Positions 1 through 10,230 are shown, counted from the stretch's first letter. The stretch: DNA of 64,000 nucleotides from Patescibacteria group bacterium (GCA_045541795.1 JAZQJV010000018.1:197134-261133); one strand, 5' to 3'. The notes: generated by a model from the sequence alone, not told the origin. Program-made: numbers and translations.

Positions 1-1529
1 CCTTGCGCTTTGCCCTCCATCACTACGCCCAGCCTGGTAATGTGATCGCCATTTTTGGCAAGGGTCATGAACAAAGCATGAATTACGATGGCCAGACAGA
101 AACCCTTTGGAATGACATCACCGGTGCCCAGCAAATCATGACTGGCATCAGCCATGGTGACACCAGTCTCGCGCTGGAAAAGAATAATTTTTTCCTGGTC
201 GGGATTAAGGGAGTAGGGATGACAGCCCTCGCTTCCTGCCTGGTAGATGCTGGCAAATCTGTCGCCGGTGCCGATACGGATGAGCGTTTTCCCACCAGTC
301 GCAATCTCGAGCGGCTTGCTGTCCCCATTACTCCATTAGACGGCGATCTCCCCGAAGATACCCAAGTCGTCATCTACACCGGCTCTCATGGTGGCCGCAG
401 TCAACCTCTCGTCCAGCAAGCCATCGCTCGCGGTCTACCAGTCTACTCACATATGGAAGCTTTAGCCTGGTTTTTTAATCGCGCTCGCGGTATCGCTGTG
501 TGTGGTGTCGGCGGTAAATCCAGCATTTCTGCCATGCTCGCTCACATCACTGCCAAGAGTGAGCCCCAATCATACGCTGTGGGCGTAGGCGAGATTATTG
601 GTCATGACCGCACTGGCCGGCTTATAGACGGCAGCAAATACTTCATCGCCGAAGCTGACGAGTACATTGCTGATCCCACTACCATTGGCACGAGCCAGGC
701 GCATATCCGCTTCCTGTATCTGTATCCACAAATCATTATCTGTCCCAATCTCCGTTTTGATCATCCTGATGTCTACCGCGATTTTGCCCACACCCAAGAA
801 GTTTTCCTGCAGTTTTTCACTCAGCTCAAGACCGGTGGCGTCCTGATTTACAACGGTGACGACCCTCACCTTACCAAGCTTGCCGCCCAGCTGCGCGCCA
901 AACGTCCAGACGTGACCACCATTAGCTACGGCCGAGCCGATACTAATGATTATCCGCTTGCCAAAAAGAAAATTCAGCTGGCCATCCCGGGAGAATATAA
1001 CCGCCTCAATGCCTTAGCGGCCATGCTCGCCGCCAAGCAAATTGGTCTCACCGATGACATCATCCGCGACGGCCTGGCCTCATACCGTTCTGTCAAACGC
1101 CGGCTGGAATATTTGGGCAAAAGAAACGGCGTGGAGATCTGGGATGACTACGCCCATCACCCCAGCGAAATCAAAGCCGTCATAGCTGCCATGCATGAAA
1201 AATACCCCAAGGGGCGTCTGGTCGTGGCGTTCCAACCGCATACCTATTCCCGTACCAAGCAGCTTTTTGACCAGTTTGTAGATGCGCTGGCGACTCATCA
1301 CGAACTGTGGCTGCTCGATATTTTCGCCTCTGCCCGGGAAAAACTAGATCCCAGCATTACCAGTCAGATGCTTGCCCAGGCTCTCGCCCGTAAGTATCCT
1401 GATGTCAGCGTCCACGCTATCGGCACTGTGGCCGACCTGGCCGCCAAAATCAAGACTGATTTACACTCAGGTGACGTCTTACTCACCATGGGCGCCGGTG
1501 ATATTTACCACGCGGTCACGAGCGATTGA
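1..1529 (+). CDS. murC: MurE C-terminus fused in frame to UDP-N-acetylmuramate--L-alanine ligase MurC (5' end outside window)
   Basis: First ~45 aa (AQPGNVIAIFGKGHEQ...W.D) match the MurE C-terminal GKGHE motif. MurC motifs follow with no stop: GIKGVGMTALA, GGKSS, EADEY, DHPD, DDYAHHPSE, FQPHTYSRT, MGAGDI. Confidence 0.88.
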   Translation, partial: LRFALHHYAQPGNVIAIFGKGHEQSMNYDGQTETLWNDITGAQQIMTGISHGDTSLALEKNNFFLVGIKGVGMTALASCLVDAGKSVAGADTDERFPTSRNLERLAVPITPLDGDLPEDTQVVIYTGSHGGRSQPLVQQAIARGLPVYSHMEALAWFFNRARGIAVCGVGGKSSISAMLAHITAKSEPQSYAVGVGEIIGHDRTGRLIDGSKYFIAEADEYIADPTTIGTSQAHIRFLYLYPQIIICPNLRFDHPDVYRDFAHTQEVFLQFFTQLKTGGVLIYNGDDPHLTKLAAQLRAKRPDVTTISYGRADTNDYPLAKKKIQLAIPGEYNRLNALAAMLAAKQIGLTDDIIRDGLASYRSVKRRLEYLGKRNGVEIWDDYAHHPSEIKAVIAAMHEKYPKGRLVVAFQPHTYSRTKQLFDQFVDALATHHELWLLDIFASAREKLDPSITSQMLAQALARKYPDVSVHAIGTVADLAAKIKTDLHSGDVLLTMGAGDIYHAVTSD

Positions 1530-1553
1530 TTTAGCGATCTGTCCTATATTATA

Positions 1554-2504
1554 TCACAATATGTCAGTTTTGTCAAGAGGCAAATTGTCACGGCTCAAAT
1601 CTTCCCGGTAAATCACCACTTCTGGCCGCAACCACACGCCGTATTCATGATAGACGCAGGCCTGGATTTTGCGGGCGCACTCTAGGATGTCAGCCTGGGC
1701 TGCGGTGCCTTTATTGACGATAAAACTGCAATGTTTGCCGGTGGCAGCCAGGCAGCCTGTCCAATCTAAGTGTAATTGGTCAATCAAAAATCCAGCGGGG
1801 ATGAGGGCTTGCTTCGCAAATTGAGGAAACCTTGACTGCAGATCGGGTGTATTGGGCGGATTTTGCCAAAAACAACCAGCGCTTGGCTCACTGAAGGCTT
1901 GAGTTTGCCGTTTTTTGGCCATCAAGGCTCTGGCCTGACGCGCTAGTAAATCAGGATCAGCGCCTGGTGTGACTTTGAGCCAGACGTTGGTAATGACGAG
2001 AGCGGGATTTTTTTGCAGTCGAGAATAGTCATAGGCAAAATCTAGTTCGTCTGCGCTCAAACACAAAAACTCACCCCGATCTCGGTCAAAAACTTCGATT
2101 TTCTCCACGAACGCACCAATCAGGATACCGCCAGCGTGAGCATTCCCCCAGACAGCGCCGCCCACACTTCCCGGCAGCGTGGTAAAGTTTTCTAGGTTTT
2201 TCCAGCCGTTTTTGACTGCCTGCCAGGCTACCTGCGCTATCATGTCGCCGGCCCAGATTTTTACGCCCGTGCCGATCAAAGTAAGCGGCTCGCCAGACGG
2301 CATCATTTTCCAGACTAGAGGAATTTCGCCGTCTGGCAGGAGGCTATCGCTGCCCCCGCCCAAAATCAAGACTTTATCCTGACCGGCAAATTTTTGCGCT
2401 GTAATCAAGTCCTCGCGCGTGCGGATTTCCCAAAAACTAGACGCTATCCCTCCCACTTTGATACTGGTGTACGGGGCTAATGATACGTTTTTTCTCTCGC
2501 TCAT
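1554..2504 (-). CDS. murB: UDP-N-acetylenolpyruvoylglucosamine reductase
   Basis: LAPYTSIKVGG, LGGGSD, PGSVGGAVWGNA, SAGCFWQNP, LRPEV. Start placed at ATG 2504, 7 nt after a TATAAT. Confidence 0.92.
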   Translation of the reverse strand: MSERKNVSLAPYTSIKVGGIASSFWEIRTREDLITAQKFAGQDKVLILGGGSDSLLPDGEIPLVWKMMPSGEPLTLIGTGVKIWAGDMIAQVAWQAVKNGWKNLENFTTLPGSVGGAVWGNAHAGGILIGAFVEKIEVFDRDRGEFLCLSADELDFAYDYSRLQKNPALVITNVWLKVTPGADPDLLARQARALMAKKRQTQAFSEPSAGCFWQNPPNTPDLQSRFPQFAKQALIPAGFLIDQLHLDWTGCLAATGKHCSFIVNKGTAAQADILECARKIQACVYHEYGVWLRPEVVIYREDLSRDNLPLDKTDIL

Positions 2505-2574
2505 GCGGCCGATTATACCATAAAATTGCCAAAACTGCCAACCAAAACCCGTTTTTTTCTGGTATAATATAGCA

Positions 2575-3000
2575 GTGATAACGGTAAACCTATTTGTTAA
2601 CTCGCATTTCTTAGTCGACCGCAAAATGCTCCGGCAGCGGACGATAGATTTTTTGGCGGCTCACACTCTGGAAAACGCAATCGTCGACGTCCATGTAGTC
2701 GGCTCACACAAAATCAAGCAGCTCAACGAGCAAATTGGTCACGAGGGTGTGACTGACGTGCTGTCATTCCCGCAATACGACCCCAAAGAAAAGGATTTTA
2801 CCCTGCCGCCCGGCGTGCCGCGCCACCTCGGAGACATCGTGATCAATTACGCAGAAGCGGTCAATCAAGCCCGTAAACGGGGGAAAATGGTGGATGAGCA
2901 AGTCTGGTTTTATCTTGAACACGGCCTGCTGCACTTACTAGGCTTTCATCATGATGACGGTATGGAGGAAACTTATGTTCGCCCCCCGCTGGACTTATAA
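2575..3000 (+). CDS. ybeY: rRNA maturation endoribonuclease YbeY
   Basis: TDVLSFP, LGDIVI and HGLLHLLGFHH metal-binding motif. Confidence 0.93.
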   Translation: MITVNLFVNSHFLVDRKMLRQRTIDFLAAHTLENAIVDVHVVGSHKIKQLNEQIGHEGVTDVLSFPQYDPKEKDFTLPPGVPRHLGDIVINYAEAVNQARKRGKMVDEQVWFYLEHGLLHLLGFHHDDGMEETYVRPPLDL

Positions 3001-4045
3001 AAGTCATTTTAGCCTGCTCCAGTGGTTGGGGCTGCTGGCCAGCCTGACGATAATATCTGCTTTGATCGTGTGTTGGCAGATAAGCTCGACTTACCGCAGT
3101 TTTTTGCAGCAAAGCGGACTTTCTGGTGATCAGCTGTGGTCACTGATACGCCAAGCCGCGCTCACAAGCACCCTCAACCAAGACGGCCAGACGAGCCTCT
3201 TACTTCTGGGGACAGACGAGCTCGAGACGCGCCCGGGTAATTGGCCGCTTACAGACACCATGATGCTGATCAAAGCTCAGCCTGAGTTTAGCAACATCAC
3301 TCTGCTTTCGCTGCCGCGCGACTTAGTCTTGCCCGGGGACAAAAACAGAATTAACGCGATATATCCCATATTTTATCAAGAATCAACTCAAACGGCTGGG
3401 CTGGCGACTGCTCAGTATTTATCCAGCCGGCTGGATATACCCATCCATTATCAGGTAGTAGTCACGATGCGTGACGTCGCTGATTTCATTGATCTGGTGG
3501 GCGGGGTGGACGTGGAAATTGCCCGTTCGTTTATTGATTACCAGTATCCACGTGACGACGTGGACGTCACCACGGTGCGCGATCCCCAGCTGCTTTATGA
3601 GACGGTGGAATTTACTGCCGGCCCGGCGCATTTAGATGGGCCGACGGCGCTCAAATTTATGCGCTCGCGCCACGCTCAAAATGAAGAAGGCTCTGATTTT
3701 GCCCGCGCGACGCGTCAGCGGCAAGTCATTGAAGCGCTCGCCAGCAAACTTGGCGCGCGCTTTCGTGATGATCTGCGCCGTTATGATTTGCGCTTACTGG
3801 GTGAGTGTTACCAATTTTACAATGATCGTTTTGCTGATCAATTACCATTTACACACGCACTCGCACTGGCTTTAGACTTTCTCTCGCGTGAACGGCTACC
3901 ACAAGTATCCAGTGGACGCTTGAGCGTCGATGAGCCTGGCAGCGTCTTACATGAAAACAAGCGCGATTTCACGATTCAAGCAGACAGTCTGGAGGCACTG
4001 CGCGCGGCCGTGCGTCGTGAGCTTAAGTGGGGCAGTGGCGAGTAA
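2951..4045 (+). CDS. LytR-CpsA-Psr (LCP) family phosphotransferase
   Basis: N-terminal TM helix; LLLGTD, TDTMM, LSLPRD, GGVDV, ALKFMRSRH, SDFARATRQRQV. Confidence 0.88.
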   Translation: MMTVWRKLMFAPRWTYKSHFSLLQWLGLLASLTIISALIVCWQISSTYRSFLQQSGLSGDQLWSLIRQAALTSTLNQDGQTSLLLLGTDELETRPGNWPLTDTMMLIKAQPEFSNITLLSLPRDLVLPGDKNRINAIYPIFYQESTQTAGLATAQYLSSRLDIPIHYQVVVTMRDVADFIDLVGGVDVEIARSFIDYQYPRDDVDVTTVRDPQLLYETVEFTAGPAHLDGPTALKFMRSRHAQNEEGSDFARATRQRQVIEALASKLGARFRDDLRRYDLRLLGECYQFYNDRFADQLPFTHALALALDFLSRERLPQVSSGRLSVDEPGSVLHENKRDFTIQADSLEALRAAVRRELKWGSGE

Positions 4046-4134
4046 GATCAGCTAAATTTCCCCGCCGCCGTGTCATTTTGCGCGGCCCGAAATGCTACGT
4101 GTACGATGTCACTTTTCGTGATATAATACCCAAT

Positions 4135-4944
4135 ATGTCCGCCAAAACATTCCGACCATCACGCCCGCGCTACGCCAAACGTCCCGCAAGCAATTACCAC
4201 TCTCCCCGTACAAAGGTGCGCCCGTCTTCAAGATCAGATCGCAAACTCATCCGCCCCCTTTTTTGGCTTTTGGCACTGTTGATTTTTTTCGTGGTCATCT
4301 ATTTTTTGACCCGTCGTTTTTTTGTGGTGCGCCGGGTGGGTTGCATCATCAATCGCACGAACACGCCTTGCTCAGCGTCGCTGTGGGAGGCTGCCCACAA
4401 GCTGCAGGGCCAACCGCTGCTTTTTGCAGATTTTGCCACTATCCTGGAGAGCGCCCACACTGAGGGGACTGATTTTGACTATGTCACGTACTATAAGATC
4501 CTGCCCGATAGTGTCATTGCTGATTATCATTTCCCTTCTCCCGTCTACTCACTCAGTATTGGCGATGGCAGCCCTCTCGGTTTTAGTCTTGACGGCCGCT
4601 ACACGATCGCCACGGGCGAAGCCGACCTCATTCACATCCGCTCTCATTACGCGCCGCTCAATGAGCGGCTGGCTCAGTTTGGGGTGGACGAACTTTTGCA
4701 CCAAAAATTTCTGGAATTGGATTTTTATTCGCGCGGGCACCGGGATAATTGGCAGTGGGTGACTCTCTACTCGCGCGGTCACATGCAAATTGCCACGCCC
4801 AATGCCGTCTATGATGTGGACCCCTTCCAGCTGGATGAAAACCTGCAAAAACTTTACTACGTCGAAAAAAACCGCCACAGCGACAAGTATCAGGAAATTG
4901 ACTTGCGGCTCAATGTCCCCGTCGTGCGAGACTTGGTAAATTAG
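4135..4944 (+). CDS. FtsQ/DivIB-like cell division protein
   Basis: Basic N-tail, single TM helix, C-terminal EIDLR..VPVV, directly upstream of ftsA-ftsZ. ATG 4135 lies 7 nt after TATAAT. Confidence 0.6.
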   Translation: MSAKTFRPSRPRYAKRPASNYHSPRTKVRPSSRSDRKLIRPLFWLLALLIFFVVIYFLTRRFFVVRRVGCIINRTNTPCSASLWEAAHKLQGQPLLFADFATILESAHTEGTDFDYVTYYKILPDSVIADYHFPSPVYSLSIGDGSPLGFSLDGRYTIATGEADLIHIRSHYAPLNERLAQFGVDELLHQKFLELDFYSRGHRDNWQWVTLYSRGHMQIATPNAVYDVDPFQLDENLQKLYYVEKNRHSDKYQEIDLRLNVPVVRDLVN

Positions 4945-5050
4945 ACAAAATCGCAAAATTTGTCCGTCCACAAAGAGCAAGAGTGTGATATAATGGAGTA
5001 AAGAAATTGATACTTGATTTTTTGATAAAAATAGTTTATAAAGAAGCACT

Positions 5051-6361
5051 ATGATACAAAAAAGCGCCACCGGAAAAGAAATGATTGCCGCAGTTGATCT
5101 CGGCTCCAGTCATACTGTCACCCTAATTGCTAGTCGGGAAGCTGACGGCAATTTTAAAATCGTGGGCATTGGTGATGTCCCTTCGGTTGGCATCCGCCGG
5201 GCCAATATCGTCAACCTCGAGCAAGCCACCCAGACTCTCGAGCGCTCCGTGGCTATGGCTGAGCAAATGTGTGGCAATAATGTCGATAAAGTTTATGTCA
5301 ACGTTTCTGGCGCTCATATTGGTTATCGTAATTCCAACGGCGTGGTGGTCGTGGCGAGTGATGACGGCATTGAAGAATCTGACATTGACCGCGCCATCGA
5401 ATCCGCGCGCGCCATTAATCTTCCCGCTGACCAAGAAGTGCTCACTGTCACGCCTCGCACCTACAAAGTTGATGATCAAGAAGGTATCCTTGATCCATTA
5501 GGCATGGTCGGTCAGCGCCTAGAAGTCGAAATTCACATGATTACTGCTTCCTCCGCTGTGCTGCGCAACCTCGAAAAAGCCCTGGCTACGATCGGCTTAG
5601 AAAAGGAATCATTTGTTTTTGGCGGCTATGCCGCCAGCGAAGTCGTCATTGATGACAACGAAAAAAATGCCGGTGTCATTTGCATTGATATTGGCGCGGA
5701 TACGACCAGCTATTGCGTTTATCTTGACGGTGCGATCCAGCTTTCGGGCGTGGTGCCGATCGGCAGCCGCTACGTGTCGCAAGACATTAACGCCTACACC
5801 CGCGTCGGTTTAGACAAAGCAGAACGCATCAAACTTGATTTATCCAAAGACGCCAGCGAGCCCATCAAACAGCGTGAAGGCGAGACCCGTGAAGAATTCC
5901 GCCGCCGTTACAAAGCGGCCGATATATTTGACCTCACTAAATACGATCCCGGCGTCAAACCAGCGACCGTTTCCAAAGCCATGCTCGTGCGCACCGTCAT
6001 CGGCGCTAGACATCGGGAGATTTTTAGTCTCATCGCTGATGACCTCAAAAAAAATAAAATCGCCGACAAACTGGGCGCCGGTGCTGTCCTCGTTGGTGGC
6101 GGGGCCAAAGCCATTGGCGTGGGTGAAGTGGCCATGCAAACCCTCGGGATGCAAGTGCGCCTCGGTGTACCGCGTGGTATTGATGGCGTCATCCGTCACC
6201 TTGATGATCCGATTTATGCTACAGTGATCGGTTTGCTGCGCTATGCCAACCATGAACAGGCAGCAGCGCCCATCAGTGATCCTGCAGCCAGCGCCAAGCA
6301 AAGTAATCTGCCCAGTTTTATTAATGAAGTGGCGAGGAAATTTAAAAAATGGATGCCGTAG
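5051..6361 (+). CDS. ftsA: Cell division protein FtsA
   Basis: AAVDLGSS, GIRRANIVNLE, DPLGMVG.RLEV, IDIGADTT, LVGGGA; upstream of ftsZ. Confidence 0.95.
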   Translation: MIQKSATGKEMIAAVDLGSSHTVTLIASREADGNFKIVGIGDVPSVGIRRANIVNLEQATQTLERSVAMAEQMCGNNVDKVYVNVSGAHIGYRNSNGVVVVASDDGIEESDIDRAIESARAINLPADQEVLTVTPRTYKVDDQEGILDPLGMVGQRLEVEIHMITASSAVLRNLEKALATIGLEKESFVFGGYAASEVVIDDNEKNAGVICIDIGADTTSYCVYLDGAIQLSGVVPIGSRYVSQDINAYTRVGLDKAERIKLDLSKDASEPIKQREGETREEFRRRYKAADIFDLTKYDPGVKPATVSKAMLVRTVIGARHREIFSLIADDLKKNKIADKLGAGAVLVGGGAKAIGVGEVAMQTLGMQVRLGVPRGIDGVIRHLDDPIYATVIGLLRYANHEQAAAPISDPAASAKQSNLPSFINEVARKFKKWMP

Positions 6362-6433
6362 AGCAAAATTGCTCGTCAAATTTAAGATTTTTGTGATATA
6401 GTATGATCAACAAACAAAGGACAGAGAGAAGTT

Positions 6434-7813
6434 ATGGCACAGATCAAACCAACCAATAACACATTTGCAAAGATTAAAGTCATCGGCGTGGGCGGTGGCG
6501 GCGGTAATGCCATCAATTCCATGATTGACTCCAAACAAATACACGGCGTGGAATTTGTCAGTGTCAACACTGATGCTCAAGCACTCATGAATTCGCTGGC
6601 CGAAACCAAAATCCAGATCGGCGATAATTACACCCGCGGCTTGGGCGCAGGCGCCAATCCCGAAGTCGGCCAAGCCGCCGCCGAAGAGTCGCGCGAAAAG
6701 CTCAAAGAAGTGATGTATGATACCGAAATGGTCTTCATCACTGCCGGCATGGGCGGCGGTACCGGTACTGGCGCCTCACCAGTGGTAGCCCAAATCGCCA
6801 AGGAAGCAGGCGCGCTCACTGTGGCCGTCGTCACCAAGCCGTTTATGTTTGAGGGCAATGCACGTATGCGCATCGCCGAAGACGGCATCGAAAACCTCAA
6901 AGATTACGTGGACGCACTCATTGTCGTCCCCAATCAACGCCTCTTGGATGTGGTCGACAAAAAAATGACGCTCATTGAAGCGTTTCACTTGGCCGATAAT
7001 GTCCTCGGGCAAGGCGTGCAAGGCATTTCTGATCTCATCACCATGCCGGGTCTGGTCAATGTCGACTTCAAAGACGTAGAACGGGTCATGACGGACTCCG
7101 GCACCGCGATGATGGGTATCGGCGAGGGCGAAGGCGAAAACCGGGCCGTCATTGCCGCGCGTATGGCCATTTCCTCGCCACTTTTGGAACTGTCTGTAGA
7201 TGGTGCTAAAGGCATTCTTTATAATATTATCGGCGGTCCGGATCTCGGGATGCAAGAAATCTCCGAAGCTAGCCAGATCATCCAGTCTACTGCCGATCCC
7301 GATGCCATCATTATTTTTGGTTCGGCGATCCGTGAAGAAATGATGGGTAAAATCCGCATCAGCGTTATCGCCACCGGCTTTGAAGAGCATGCCTACATCC
7401 CGGGAAGTATTCCCTACGATCAACGTTTTGCGCCGCTTGGCGGGTCACTGCCAGCCGCGAGCTCTGTTGCTGCTATCCCGGCCTCACCTTTGCCGGCAAG
7501 TACGCTCAATCCCGCTCCGCCCAAAATCCAAATCAGCGAGACACCGACTAACTTTGTACAGCCACGCGCCGACATCAAACCAGATCCCCTGACAATGCCA
7601 CTTGGTAATGTCGCCACGCAGTTTGCGCCCCGGCAGGCTTACGATCCCATCCCTACGCCGCGCGCGATTAAAATCGAGCAGACGAGCAACATTGATCAAG
7701 CCGCACCCAGTTATCCGCCCTCACGTCCCACTCCAGCCAAAACGGAAACGGATTCTTACAGCGACGAAAACGACGTTTTCGCGCCGCCGGCTTTCCTGCG
7801 CAACCGCCGCTAA
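6434..7813 (+). CDS. ftsZ: Cell division protein FtsZ
   Basis: [12 protein letters not shown], tubulin signature [15 protein letters not shown]-terminal PAFLR peptide. Confidence 0.98.
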   Translation: MAQIKPTNNTFAKIKVIGVGGGGGNAINSMIDSKQIHGVEFVSVNTDAQALMNSLAETKIQIGDNYTRGLGAGANPEVGQAAAEESREKLKEVMYDTEMVFITAGMGGGTGTGASPVVAQIAKEAGALTVAVVTKPFMFEGNARMRIAEDGIENLKDYVDALIVVPNQRLLDVVDKKMTLIEAFHLADNVLGQGVQGISDLITMPGLVNVDFKDVERVMTDSGTAMMGIGEGEGENRAVIAARMAISSPLLELSVDGAKGILYNIIGGPDLGMQEISEASQIIQSTADPDAIIIFGSAIREEMMGKIRISVIATGFEEHAYIPGSIPYDQRFAPLGGSLPAASSVAAIPASPLPASTLNPAPPKIQISETPTNFVQPRADIKPDPLTMPLGNVATQFAPRQAYDPIPTPRAIKIEQTSNIDQAAPSYPPSRPTPAKTETDSYSDENDVFAPPAFLRNRR

Positions 7814-7852
7814 AAGTCATCATCTATCCGGCCGAAAATAGTTAATCTTTCA

Positions 7853-7978
7853 TTTTGTGTGGCACGAAATGCTACACGTGTGGCATTACTTTTCATTTTT
7901 CGCCTGGTAAATATATCATAAACTGTGTGGCACTGGCGTAATAGCGTGTGGCATTTTGAGCACAAAATGTGTACAATC
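7853..7978 (+). repeat. Left copy of 126-bp direct repeat with multiple GTGTGGCA units
   Basis: Near-identical to 10084-10230; imperfect palindrome AATGCTACACGTGTGGCATT at 7868-7887. Confidence 0.95.
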
Positions 7979-7984
7979 TAGTCA

Positions 7985-8012
7985 TTGACACATTAATAAA
8001 ATGTGATATAAT
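7985..8012 (+). promoter_or_regulatory. Sigma70-type promoter upstream of the glycine-rich gene
   Basis: TTGACA...TGTGATATAAT immediately inside the left repeat. Confidence 0.6.
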
Positions 8013-8310
8013 ATCAGCTGACACCATTAATAAGGAATAAGAGAAGGGAGTCTGAGTGAAATTCTAAGATGAGGAAAATCAACACACGATTAATCACATC
8101 CGATGACACTAGAGCAGGGACGAAGGAGCCTTGGAATTGTGCACGCAATAAGGTGAGTGATGCTTTATCCGGTATTAGTGCATAATTTTTCCCTCTTATT
8201 TCCTTGCATTAATGGTGTCGCCGGAAGTACGACAGTACGTGTATCGCTCACCTTTAGTATATACTGAGGTTTGCGATCTCCGGCACTAGCAGATACAAAT
8301 GAAAGGCAGT

Positions 8311-9564
8311 ATGCGCACTGTTTATGGGCGGATCTTTTTGGTGGCCACATTGGTAACGTTGGCAAACTTTCCCCCTAAGATAGGGGAAACAGGCGGGCTC
8401 GAAGAGCCCAACCTAAGGGAGTATGAATATAAGCAAGCAACCGTCTACGCTGCTACGTCCACCCTTACGACCAAAAAGATTAAAGACGTGCAGCTGGGTG
8501 AAGTCATCCAGATCGGCAGCAGTAAGTTTGTAAAAATCGCCGCCAACCGCTATCAAGCAGTAAAACCGTATACTTGTGCTGACCCGGTACTCACGTATGC
8601 TGGCGCTAGCAAAGGTTTCACTTATACGGGAAACTATCAGACCTTTACGGCGTACGCCGGGTGTCAGTATCAGGTAGAGTTGTGGGGAGCAAGAGGCGGA
8701 AACAGTAGAAATAATGGTGGCACAACTTACGTGGGTGGATATGGAGGCTATGTGAGCGGTACAATCATGATGAATACAAGGATGAATTTTTACGTATACA
8801 TAGGTGGCCAAGGAACGAATACAGATACTGGGGGTTGGAATGGCGGCGGCTACTTGACTGGTGGGCAAAGTTCTTTCGGTGGCAGCGGAGGCGGCGCTAG
8901 TGACATTAGGACCATATCCGGATCTTGGAATAATGATAATTCTCTGTGTAGTCGTATAATGGTGGCTGGCGCCGGCGGTGGTGGTGACGCTCGTGCCGAA
9001 GGATATGGTGACGGTAAGGGTGGCGACGGTGGAGGATTGTACGGAATACGCGGGCAGGCTATCAATCATACTAATGGCTATGGCTATTGTCAATCTTCTG
9101 GGGGAACACAAGTATCTGGTGGACAGCAAATGTGTTATGGTGAAATAATGTCTGATGATAAAGCAATAGGCTATTTTGGTGCAGCCTGCCAAAATCCGGA
9201 CAATTCAGATGCGTGGGCGCAAAGTGGCGGAGGCTCTGGATGGTATGGAGGTAGTGCTTCTAATCATTCTGGCGCTGGCGGCGGTTCCTCTTACATCTCC
9301 GGCCATACCGGCTGCGTCGCTGTTACCTCACAAAGCGACACTACTCCCAAATCGGGCTGTACTACCGGCACTACTAATTACCCTTGCTCACTTAGTCCTA
9401 CAGGATTGAGTTTTACTGACACCGTAATGATCGACGGCGCTGGTTATTCCTGGACAAATGTGAAAGGATCGCTCAAGCAAATGCCCAATCCGTCAGGCGG
9501 TTACTACGCCAGTGGCGTAGGCCATACCGGTAATGGTGCCGCCCGCATCACGCGCCTTAATTAG
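8311..9564 (+). CDS. Secreted/surface glycine-rich domain protein (ALK/LTK-type Gly-rich domain)
   Basis: YQVELWGARGG, GGYGGYVSG, YIGGQG, GWNGGG, GGGASDIR, RIMVAGAGGG, GGGSSYISG. Start ATG 8311 follows GAAAGG RBS. Confidence 0.75.
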   Translation: MRTVYGRIFLVATLVTLANFPPKIGETGGLEEPNLREYEYKQATVYAATSTLTTKKIKDVQLGEVIQIGSSKFVKIAANRYQAVKPYTCADPVLTYAGASKGFTYTGNYQTFTAYAGCQYQVELWGARGGNSRNNGGTTYVGGYGGYVSGTIMMNTRMNFYVYIGGQGTNTDTGGWNGGGYLTGGQSSFGGSGGGASDIRTISGSWNNDNSLCSRIMVAGAGGGGDARAEGYGDGKGGDGGGLYGIRGQAINHTNGYGYCQSSGGTQVSGGQQMCYGEIMSDDKAIGYFGAACQNPDNSDAWAQSGGGSGWYGGSASNHSGAGGGSSYISGHTGCVAVTSQSDTTPKSGCTTGTTNYPCSLSPTGLSFTDTVMIDGAGYSWTNVKGSLKQMPNPSGGYYASGVGHTGNGAARITRLN

Positions 9565-9598
9565 TCACTTACTACTCTTTCTACTTTTTTAGATGTGC

Positions 9599-9622
9599 CT
9601 GCGCCCGCGAAAGCGGGCGCAG
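9599..9622. terminator. GC-rich hairpin after the glycine-rich gene
   Basis: CTGCGCCCGC-GAAA-GCGGGCGCAG perfect 10-bp stem. Confidence 0.6.
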
Positions 9623-9679
9623 ATGTATGCGACTTTTCACTCTTGCAATTTTTGGCTTTTTATGGTATAAATATACAAA

Positions 9680-10077
9680 ATACAATCACAAGAGCAAATA
9701 ATTACTCAAAATATAGAATCGAAGATCCTGGCGATCAGGAACCAATACGTTATGCTAGATCGCGACTTGGCAGATTTATACGGAGTACCAACTAAGCGTC
9801 TAAATGAACAAGTAAAGCGCAACAGCGAACGTTTTCCAGCAAGCTTTATGTTTCAATTAAGTGAGCAAGAGTTTGAGAATTGGAGGTCGCAATTTGCGAC
9901 CTCCAGTGCGGATAAAATTGGTTTGCGCCGTCCACCATATGCATTTACCGAACAAGGTGTTGCCATGCTTTCTGCAGTCCTCCACTAGGAGCCTCGCTAA
10001 AGGACCTAGGCAAAAAGTGTTTTGCATTCCAAATAATGGATAAAAGTTGGATTCCTCAATTACTAAGTCGCATATAA
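9680..10077 (+). pseudogene. ORF6N-domain DNA-binding protein remnant (no start codon, apparent internal deletion)
   Basis: IESKILAIRNQYVMLDRDLADLYGVPTKRLNEQVKRN..RFP..FMFQL...PYAFTEQGVAMLSAVL then a stop. The family C-terminus LGASLKDLGKKCFAF follows immediately in another frame. Confidence 0.8.
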
Positions 10078-10083
10078 AAACTT

Positions 10084-10230
10084 TTTTGTGTAGCACGAAA
10101 TGCCACACGTGTGGCATTACTTTTCATTTTTCGCCTGGTAAATATATCATAAACTGTGTGGCATTTTGCGCCTTTTGTGTGGCACTGGCGCAGTAGCGTG
10201 TGGCATTTTGAGCACAAAATGTGTACAATC
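10084..10230 (+). repeat. Right copy of direct repeat (147 bp, one extra 21-bp unit)
   Basis: Matches 7853-7978 with insertion TTTTGCGCCTTTTGTGTGGCA; perfect 20-bp palindrome AATGCCACACGTGTGGCATT at 10099-10118. Confidence 0.95.

Noticed and set aside
4068-4108. Possible degenerate relic of the GTGTGGCA repeat before the ftsQ-like gene
   Set aside because: Only short matches (CATTTTGCGC, CGAAATGCTAC); could be chance.
8013-8310. Long leader with a 38-codon ORF before the Gly-rich gene
   Set aside because: No riboswitch or peptide motif recognised by eye.
7853-10230. GTGTGGCA repeats as a CRISPR array or canonical parS
   Set aside because: Units are short, irregularly spaced and lack unique spacers; the palindrome differs from the parS consensus at several positions.
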